Below, in pieces: positions 18,405 to 24,882 of a stretch of 32,000 nucleotides of DNA. Every line of letters starts with the position of its first letter. The stretch's first letter is position 1. Source of the DNA: Acidothermus cellulolyticus 11B (GTDB lineage Bacteria; Actinomycetota; Actinomycetes; Acidothermales; Acidothermaceae). The position numbers were made by a program, and so were the translations under genes. Below the pieces are notes generated by a model, which did not search any database, was not told the DNA's origin, and saw only the letters and a list, made by a program, of their open reading frames with translations. The DNA lies in NCBI RefSeq assembly GCF_000015025.1, contig NC_008578.1, positions 780,001-812,000 on the forward strand, given 5' to 3'.

Positions 18405-19210
18405 TGCAACCGTCCCATGGCCAGGAGAAGCGCGTGCAACAGGGCGAACGGCGTAGGCGGCGAGCCGGGCACCCAGATGTCGACCCGTACGGGATCGCCG
18501 TCCGCGGCACCCGTGGCACCCGCCGAGTCCGGGGTCGCCGCGATGAGGTCGCCGATTCCCCCGCTGGTCGCGTACGTCGGATGGACCAACCCGCCGCTGA
18601 TCGCATCGGTGCCCGCTGCGATGACGACCAACGGCCGCGGCGCGGCCTGGAGAGTTCGGGCCAGCGGCGCGGCCATTCCCCGCGACCCGACGCCGGTGAC
18701 CAGCAGGACGTCGGCGTGCCGGGGGGATGCGGTAAAGAAAATCCCGAGCCGGTGGATGTCGTACACCGGATTGAGCAGGGCAAGGACCTCCCACTCATCG
18801 GCGCCGTCGGAACCGGCGTCCACGTGCCGGACATGGATGGATCGGCGCAGCAGCCGGGTCCGGCGGGCCAGCTCGGCGCGGACCGCAGCGAGGGCGTCGT
18901 CCGTTTCCGGGAGTGCGGGGACGACGAGGAGGTCCCGGTGCGCCGCCGGCGCAGGAATGGTGAACCGGAACCGCTCCGGATACTGCCGCACGCAGCGGTG
19001 ACAGAGAATGCACCGACCCTGATCGACGTGGAGCCGGTCTCCGTCCCGGCTGATGGCGCCGGTTGGGCAGACCGCGGGGATTTCCGCCGGAACCGCCTCA
19101 CCGGGTCGGTCGATGGGCGTGACCGCACCAGGGAACGTGTCGCGGTACGAGTCAGGGTGGGCCGGCCAGCGGCTGGTGACGCGGCGGCGACCACGGGTGA
19201 ACCACGGCAT
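18401..19210 (-). CDS. fusion of a ferredoxin-like (HycF/NuoI-type) N-terminal domain with a NuoB/HycG-like small-subunit domain; the NuoB-like domain contains no cysteine
   Basis: NuoB/HycG-type body: SPRHADVLLVTG, VIAAGTDAISGG and VDIWVPGSPPTP. The N-terminal part has VCPTGAI and CILCHRCVRQYP. These four are the only Cys in the 269-aa protein. The ATG overlaps the TAA of the large-subunit gene (TAATG). Confidence 0.8.
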   Translation of the reverse strand: MPWFTRGRRRVTSRWPAHPDSYRDTFPGAVTPIDRPGEAVPAEIPAVCPTGAISRDGDRLHVDQGRCILCHRCVRQYPERFRFTIPAPAAHRDLLVVPALPETDDALAAVRAELARRTRLLRRSIHVRHVDAGSDGADEWEVLALLNPVYDIHRLGIFFTASPRHADVLLVTGVGSRGMAAPLARTLQAAPRPLVVIAAGTDAISGGLVHPTYATSGGIGDLIAATPDSAGATGAADGDPVRVDIWVPGSPPTPFALLHALLLAMGRLQ

Positions 19211-20709
19211 TACAGCGCCACCCCCGCGATGGAGAGCCCGAAACTGGCTTCGATGAAGGGAAAATCCGTGAGGATATCGCCGGCGAAAACGTCGTGGAAG
19301 AGCACGAGGTTATGGAAGGACGCCGACCGCGGCGCACATCGGGAAATCCGCCCGTCGTCGCACTCCACGACATAAACGACCTCGCCCTGCGGCGCTTCCG
19401 CCCAACCGATGCCGCGGCCGCTGATCCGGTCGATGGCGGCAGGCACGTCGGCCGGCTCGGCGGTCGGAGCCGACAATGCCGCGATGTGTGCGACGGCCTG
19501 CCGGATGAGCTCCGCCGAACTGCGGATTTCCGACCACCGGATTTCCAGCCGTGCCAACGCATCGCCGGATCCGGAGGACACCGCCGGAAACTGCGGCAGA
19601 TCGGAGTACTCGTCGTACGGCCGATGCCAACGGTCGTCGTCGTCGAAACCTGACGCCCGCCCGATCGGTCCGAGGGCGCCGTGCCGGCGGGCGAGTGCCG
19701 GGTCGAGTGGTCCGGTGCCGCGGAGCCGGTCGAGGAAAGACGGCGTCTGCATGAGCAAGTCGGCGTCCGCGAAGACCTCACGGAGAATGTCGTCCAGCCT
19801 GGTGAGCAGTGCGTTCGGGGAAATCGCTGGTTCGCAACCGATACCGCCGGGTACGACGACACCGCGGCCGAAGCGGCTGCCGCACGCGGCGCCGATAAGC
19901 CGCAGAATGCGCTCCTTGTGGTAGCCGAATCGGGACACGGCAACGGCCAGCCCGGCGGCGTCGGCGAGTTTCAGCGCGACGTCGAGGTGGTTGGCGATGC
20001 GTTCGAGTTCCGCGAAAATAACCCGCACCGACCGGTCCCGCGGTGACGGGATGACACCGGCGAGGTCTTCCACCGCATGGCAGAAGGCGAGCGCGTGCGC
20101 CACCGAGGCGATTCCCTCGACCCGTTCCGCCAGCAATACGCCGTCGGAGACGTCGAGGTCCTCGAAGCGCCGCTCGATGCCGCGATGCTTGGCGAAGACG
20201 CGGATGCCGACGTACGGAATGTCCTCTCCCGGGGTTTCGACGAGATACTCCACGGATTCATAGACACCGGAGCGGACGGGTCCGTGCGGAATGGTGAAGA
20301 CGCCATGGCCGAGGACCCGCGACGGGATGGCCGCTTCGTCCGGGGTGAGCGGCGGTATCGCCGAGCGCTGTCCGGGCAGCGGACGCGGTTGTGCCTCACG
20401 GAGCGGAAGAATCAGCGGGTCGAGCCGCGGATGCCCGAGCGGTTCGAGGCCGAAGAGGTCGTGGATTTTCCGCTCATACCAACTGGCGGCCGGCACCACG
20501 GCGGAGAGCGCCGGGTAGCTGGTTGATCCGCGCGGAACCGCGACGTCGATGGCGTCGATGCTGCCGGCGCTGGCCAGAAGCGCCGTCAGCCGGAGGTCGG
20601 ACTCCGGGGGAGCGGTGGCGAACAGGCTGGCGAATCGGTTCGAGGCGAGCCGGTCGAGGATGTTCGTCCGCCAGACGGCGATATCTGCGGTCAGCGGGGT
20701 CAGCGTCAT
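19210..20709 (-). CDS. fused NuoC-NuoD / HycE-like large subunit lacking the NiFe-binding cysteine motifs
   Basis: NuoC-like WYERKIHDLFGLEPLGHP, then the NuoD/large-subunit core: HGPVRSGVYESVEYLVETPGEDI and FAKHRGIERRFE. The start is set at ATG 20709 (TGATG overlap with the upstream stop). 499 aa. Confidence 0.85.
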   Translation of the reverse strand: MTLTPLTADIAVWRTNILDRLASNRFASLFATAPPESDLRLTALLASAGSIDAIDVAVPRGSTSYPALSAVVPAASWYERKIHDLFGLEPLGHPRLDPLILPLREAQPRPLPGQRSAIPPLTPDEAAIPSRVLGHGVFTIPHGPVRSGVYESVEYLVETPGEDIPYVGIRVFAKHRGIERRFEDLDVSDGVLLAERVEGIASVAHALAFCHAVEDLAGVIPSPRDRSVRVIFAELERIANHLDVALKLADAAGLAVAVSRFGYHKERILRLIGAACGSRFGRGVVVPGGIGCEPAISPNALLTRLDDILREVFADADLLMQTPSFLDRLRGTGPLDPALARRHGALGPIGRASGFDDDDRWHRPYDEYSDLPQFPAVSSGSGDALARLEIRWSEIRSSAELIRQAVAHIAALSAPTAEPADVPAAIDRISGRGIGWAEAPQGEVVYVVECDDGRISRCAPRSASFHNLVLFHDVFAGDILTDFPFIEASFGLSIAGVAL

Positions 20710-22247
20710 CAGCCACCTCCGAGTTCTACGGCGCCGCGGGTGAGCAGGTCGATGAGGGACGCCGGAGGGTGCATCCCGAGCAGCACGAGAACAGCCAGTC
20801 CGAGCACCGGCGGGATCACGAGCCACGCGCTGAATTCGCGGCCCAGCCGGGGGGTCGGCCGATCCGGCGTCTTGGCGATGCTCTCGTCCGACGTCCGGCC
20901 GTCCGCCGCGTTGGATGACAATGAAGCGGACGCCGTGGTGATTCCGGCTTCGTCGGCGGGGAAAACCAGGGCGGTGGTCGTCCAGGTGAGACCGGCGAAG
21001 GCGAGGATGACGAGAGCGACGAGCACCGCGACGGTGCCGCTGTGGCCGGCGGCGAGTCCACCGGCGACGATATAGAACTCACTGCGGAAGATTCCAAACG
21101 GCGGCGCGGCGGCAAGGGCGAGTATCGCCAACAGGAAAAGCGGCGCGGACCAGGGGAGTACGGTGAAGCCGCGACGCATGGCGGTGAGATCCTTCGTTCC
21201 GAACGCGCGGACGAAAACCCCCGCCCCCATGAACGCGTTTCCCTTCGCTGCAGCGTGTGCGAGGACGTGCAGCAGAACGCCGACGACGGCAATGCGGGCG
21301 CCGAAACTCATGCCGACGGCAAGAATTCCCATGTGCTCAATGCTGGAATAGGCAAGCAAGCGTTTGATATCCCGTTGGTCGAGCAGGTACAGCGCCGCGA
21401 GGGCGAGCGACGCGATGCCGAAGGCGAGCAGGACCTGGCGGGGAAAAGCAGCGCCGAGGGTTGCGACGGCGACTTGGTAAAAACGGAGGATCGCGTAAAA
21501 GCTTACTGCGAGAAGCGAGCCGGAGAGCAGGGCCGAGACGGGTGTCGGCGCTTCGGAATGTGCATCGGGCAGCCAGGTGTGCACCGGAAAGAAGCCGACT
21601 TTCGTCCCGAAACCAAGGACGGCAAGGACGAATCCAAGCCGGACGGCCGTGTGCGGAAGTCCTGCGGAGTGCATGGTGAGGGCGTCGAAGGTGAAGGTGT
21701 AGGACGTGCCAAGCACCTGTGAGCCGGCGTAGTAGTAGAAAACCGTTCCGAAGAGGGCAAGGCCGAGACCGGCTGACGCGATGAGAACGTATTTCCAGGC
21801 GGCTTCCGTTGCGGCGTCGGTGTCGTCGATGGCGACCAGGAGCGCAGAAATGACCGTAGTGAGCTCGACCGCGACCCAAAGGAGGGTGAATCCGTTGACC
21901 ATCGGCGCCGCCAGCAAGGCCCACGCGAAGAGGTTGATGCCGGCGAGGATGCGCCGGCAGTATCGACGGTCGACGTGCTCGGGCCGTAGATAGCCGATGG
22001 CGTAAAGCGCAACGGTGGCATACACAAGCGCGGTGGCAAGGAGAAAAATCGTGGAAACCGCGTCGACCCGGAGAAAACCGGCGGCGACGCTATGGGCACG
22101 CGTCGCGGTAACCAGCGCCAGGACCGCGCCGAAGGAGCCAACGCCGACACCCGCGGTGAGGATCCGGCCCGCTGTTGGGGGAGCGATGAGGCAGACACCG
22201 GCGGCGACGAACGGTACGACAAGGAGTGCAACAAGAAGTGTGCTCAC
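20709..22247 (-). CDS. HyfF/HyfD/NuoN-like antiporter-type membrane subunit
   Basis: Hallmarks WVAVELTTV, TKVGFFPVHTWLPDAHSEAPTPVSALLSG and HAAAKGNAF. The start is set at GTG 22247 (VSTLLVALLVVPF...), 4 nt after the upstream stop and preceded by GGGGGTGAG. Confidence 0.85.
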   Translation of the reverse strand: MSTLLVALLVVPFVAAGVCLIAPPTAGRILTAGVGVGSFGAVLALVTATRAHSVAAGFLRVDAVSTIFLLATALVYATVALYAIGYLRPEHVDRRYCRRILAGINLFAWALLAAPMVNGFTLLWVAVELTTVISALLVAIDDTDAATEAAWKYVLIASAGLGLALFGTVFYYYAGSQVLGTSYTFTFDALTMHSAGLPHTAVRLGFVLAVLGFGTKVGFFPVHTWLPDAHSEAPTPVSALLSGSLLAVSFYAILRFYQVAVATLGAAFPRQVLLAFGIASLALAALYLLDQRDIKRLLAYSSIEHMGILAVGMSFGARIAVVGVLLHVLAHAAAKGNAFMGAGVFVRAFGTKDLTAMRRGFTVLPWSAPLFLLAILALAAAPPFGIFRSEFYIVAGGLAAGHSGTVAVLVALVILAFAGLTWTTTALVFPADEAGITTASASLSSNAADGRTSDESIAKTPDRPTPRLGREFSAWLVIPPVLGLAVLVLLGMHPPASLIDLLTRGAVELGGG

Positions 22248-22251
22248 GATC

Positions 22252-22926
22252 TCACCCCCGCAATCCACTGAGTTTCCGGGTGGAGAGCGACTGCCGGCGA
22301 TTGTGATGAATGCGGATGAGGGCGCTGAACACCACAACGGCGACGAGCAGGTCGAAGAGCAGGACGACTTCAAGCAGGAACGGCATCGTCGCGGCGATGA
22401 CCAGGCTCGCCAGTGAGACAGCGTTCTCCATCGAGAAGAAACCGACCGCCTGCGACACGACGTCCCGACGGAAAATCATGAGGATGAAGGCGACCAATAC
22501 CGCCGCGACGGCCAGCGAGAGCGCGGTTCGCGGAAGAACGGCCGCGCGAATCGGCAAGCCGGCGGTGGCGAAGAAGCCGAATGCCGTCGCCAGGAGTGCG
22601 CACAGCGTCCGCGTCGCAACACCCAGGACGCCGCTGCCGGCGATGTCCGTACCGGTGTCGCGGAGCATGCGGCGCAGAACGGCAGGAACCGCGAGCACCT
22701 TCAACACCGCGGACAGTACGGCGAGGGCATAAAGGTCGGGTACGTTGCGTTGCTGCGCCGCAATGGCCGCGAGGACCGCGAGCAGCAGCGACTGCCCGGC
22801 GTACAAGCGGATCTGGGCCGGCAGGAGGGCGGCGCGGAGCATGCCGAACTCGGCGAGGAGAACGAGGACGGCGATGACGTCGGCGACGCCGTCAAAGACC
22901 GGCGGCGCCGGTGTTCCGGTCGGCAT
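22252..22926 (-). CDS. HyfE-like small polytopic membrane subunit (NuoK-related)
   Basis: 224 aa. The start is set at ATG 22926. Multiple hydrophobic helices. FFSMENAVSLASLV resembles the HyfE conserved segment. Size and position match hyfE / mycobacterial hycP-type genes (from memory). Confidence 0.7.
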   Translation of the reverse strand: MPTGTPAPPVFDGVADVIAVLVLLAEFGMLRAALLPAQIRLYAGQSLLLAVLAAIAAQQRNVPDLYALAVLSAVLKVLAVPAVLRRMLRDTGTDIAGSGVLGVATRTLCALLATAFGFFATAGLPIRAAVLPRTALSLAVAAVLVAFILMIFRRDVVSQAVGFFSMENAVSLASLVIAATMPFLLEVVLLFDLLVAVVVFSALIRIHHNRRQSLSTRKLSGLRG

Positions 22927-22963
22927 CAGCGGCGCCCTTTCGTCGTGGTGGGTGTGGTGCGCA

Positions 22964-23926
22964 TCATCCGCCTCCCAGGTAGACGGTGAAAACGGCCAGT
23001 ACAGCGAGAAGAAACGCGGCGGCGACAAATTCGCTGATTTTGAAGAGGCGGAGCTTGGCGAACGAATCGTCGATGACCGCCACACCGACGCCGACGAGGG
23101 CGGCCTTTCCGAGGAGGGCGAGGACGGCGAGAATGACGGCGGCGAGTGAGCCGTCGGAGGCCAGACCCCACGGTGCGACAAAGACATTGAGGAAGATGAT
23201 GTACAGGATGAATTGTTTCATCGCCGCGCCCCACCGGAGCATGGCCAGGTAGGGCCCGGAGTGCTCGAAACTCCGCGCCTCTTCGATCATCCCGAATTCG
23301 TTCGTGCCGCTGTGCGTCTCGATCGGGATGCGGCCGGTCTCGTAGAGGATCACCAGGAAGAACGCGGCAGCGGCCAGCAGGTGCGCCGGGCGCACGATCT
23401 GACCCGCGCTCTGCCGCACGGTGGCCGCCAGCGCATACGGCAGGTCGGTGCTGGTGAGCAGTGCGACGGTGAAGACGACGAACAAGACGACCGGTTCCGT
23501 TATGGCGCCGAAGGTCTTCGACCGGCTCGATCCGAGCTGGGCGTATGGCGAGCCCGTCTCGGCGGCGGCAAGGGCCACCGCGAAACTGGCCAGCGCCAGG
23601 AGGAAGCCGCCGCCGAGAATGTCGCCCATGTAGCCGAGCGGCAGGCCGTAACTGGTGAGGACGGGAATGAGCAGCGGGATGGTGAGATAGCACACGAAAG
23701 CGACGAACGGTGCGGCAAGGAAAATCCAGCTCGCCTCCAGCGGTGCGAGTGACTCCTTGCGGAAGAATTTCACGATGTCGTAGTAGGGCTGGAGAATCCG
23801 TGGACCGCGCCGTCCTTGCAGCCGGGCCTCGAGACGCGCGATGAACCCGGAGAGGCCGGGCGCGGCCAGGGCCACCGTCCCGACCTGGAGAACCTGGAGG
23901 AGAACGGGGGAGAGCCGTGGATTCAT
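22964..23926 (-). CDS. HycD/HyfC/NuoH-like membrane subunit
   Basis: RLQGRRGPRILQPYYDIVKFFRKE and YETGRIPIETHSGTNEFGMIEE are NuoH/HycD-type motifs. 320 aa. First long gene of the operon. Confidence 0.85.
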   Translation of the reverse strand: MNPRLSPVLLQVLQVGTVALAAPGLSGFIARLEARLQGRRGPRILQPYYDIVKFFRKESLAPLEASWIFLAAPFVAFVCYLTIPLLIPVLTSYGLPLGYMGDILGGGFLLALASFAVALAAAETGSPYAQLGSSRSKTFGAITEPVVLFVVFTVALLTSTDLPYALAATVRQSAGQIVRPAHLLAAAAFFLVILYETGRIPIETHSGTNEFGMIEEARSFEHSGPYLAMLRWGAAMKQFILYIIFLNVFVAPWGLASDGSLAAVILAVLALLGKAALVGVGVAVIDDSFAKLRLFKISEFVAAAFLLAVLAVFTVYLGGG

Positions 23927-24003
23927 CAGCGTGCACTCGTCGGGGTCGATGACGCGCAGCAGCGGGCGGGGAGTGCGCGGTGCGATGAGGAGATGCCGGG
24001 CAT
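23926..24003 (-). CDS. candidate 25-codon leader ORF (MPGISSSHRALPARCCASSTPTSAR), translationally coupled to the HycD-like gene
   Basis: Found by hand; it is below the size cut-off of the ORF track. ATG at 24003 lies 7 nt after AGGAG (24011-24015). Its TGA overlaps the ATG of the next gene by 1 nt (TGATG), the same junction used elsewhere in this operon. 19 of 24 third positions are G/C. Confidence 0.3.
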   Translation of the reverse strand: MPGISSSHRALPARCCASSTPTSAR

Positions 24004-24009
24004 TGTTGC

Positions 24010-24074
24010 GCTCCTACCTCTCGACTCAACACGTGGCGCGCGCTGCGCGCGCCGCGGGGTTGGGAGGTAGGAGC
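24010..24074 (-). promoter_or_regulatory. nested hairpin in the operon leader that would sequester the leader-ORF Shine-Dalgarno
   Basis: Perfect 11-bp inverted repeat GCTCCTACCTC (24010-24020) / GAGGTAGGAGC (24064-24074). It encloses a 9-bp palindromic arm pair GGCGCGCGC-T-GCGCGCGCC (24035-24053). On the minus-strand RNA the 3' arm contains the AGGAG. Confidence 0.4.
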
Positions 24075-24265
24075 CATCAGCCAGGTGACACTTCGCCGGT
24101 GTCGATCACACCGGTCAGGCGGACTCCATCGCCGTCATCAGGGTAACCGATGCCGACGTACGCTCAGCCATGGTGTCCATCGGACCGCTGCATCAGGTCG
24201 ATGCCGCCGCGCAGGGCGCGGCCGGTGTGGTCGTGCATGGCGAACGTCAGCGGTGGTGACCAGCC

Positions 24266-24748
24266 GTGTCAGACGATGCAGATCAGTCAGCTGCAGGCTC
24301 GCCGGAGAGCGTTGCCGGTTCCGTCGTGTTTCTGGCGGATGTGCGGCTGCTGCGCGCCTTGAGCACTATTCTCCGGACGGCGGTCGATCTGCAGCGGGAC
24401 GCAGCGCGGGTGATTGATGCCTGCTTGGAGCCGGGAGGCAAGACGGCCGACCTTGCGCGGCTGGGCGGCCGCGTCACCAGCGGCTATTTCCGCCTCCGCG
24501 AGCAGTTGCGCAGCATGCCGGACCACCCTTTGGTCCGGGAGGTGGATGCGTTGGTGAATTACCATCAGCAGATCGTCGAGCAGGCGATGCTCTTCGGATA
24601 TCGCGGGTTCGACGCCGGTCGGGAGAAGGTGCTCCGCGGCTGGTCCGACCGGTTGGGCGCGCCGGCGCAGCGGCTGCGCGATGTGTACGTCGAGGTGCAG
24701 CGGCGGCTCGCCAATCGGGAATACCAGGACGGCGAACGCCCGGGGTAG
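24266..24748 (+). CDS. hypothetical protein (predicted all-helical, no family recognised)
   Basis: 160-aa ORF with GC3-biased codons, starting at GTG 24266. A hairpin plus T6 tract lies downstream. Confidence 0.5.
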   Translation: MSDDADQSAAGSPESVAGSVVFLADVRLLRALSTILRTAVDLQRDAARVIDACLEPGGKTADLARLGGRVTSGYFRLREQLRSMPDHPLVREVDALVNYHQQIVEQAMLFGYRGFDAGREKVLRGWSDRLGAPAQRLRDVYVEVQRRLANREYQDGERPG

Positions 24749-24772
24749 TTGGCGCTGTCTTGGCCGCGGGCT

Positions 24773-24795
24773 CCGGCGGGACCGGCCGGTTTTTT
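24773..24795 (+). terminator. candidate intrinsic terminator
   Basis: GC stem CCGGC/GCCGG (24773-24777 / 24785-24789) is followed directly by TTTTTT (24790-24795). A T6 run is conspicuous in this very GC-rich sequence. It lies 25 nt after the stop of the 24266..24748 gene. Confidence 0.5.
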
Positions 24796-24882
24796 CCGTC
24801 GTCCTCGTTGACACCTCAGCGTTGGTTTTCGGTCGCGGACCGGCCGGTTTCCGCGCCCGTCGCCGGAGCCGGCCGGCGGGCT

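Noticed and set aside
17040-19194. 653-aa (plus strand) and 618-aa (minus strand, other frame) ORFs overlapping the HyfB-like and small-subunit genes
   Set aside because: The translations are extremely Arg/Pro/Gly-rich with no motifs. The in-frame alternatives give canonical antiporter and NuoB-like proteins.
19150-19210. RGRRR near the N-terminus of the small subunit as a possible twin-arginine (Tat) signal
   Set aside because: No hydrophobic h-region or AxA cleavage site follows. The segment aligns instead with the N-terminus of HycF-type ferredoxin subunits.
24164-24238. 24-codon His-rich ORF (MHDHTGRALRGGIDLMQRSDGHHG) on the minus strand upstream of the operon leader
   Set aside because: It has high GC3, but there is no Shine-Dalgarno upstream of its ATG and no coupling to a downstream gene. 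It is too short to distinguish from chance in six frames.
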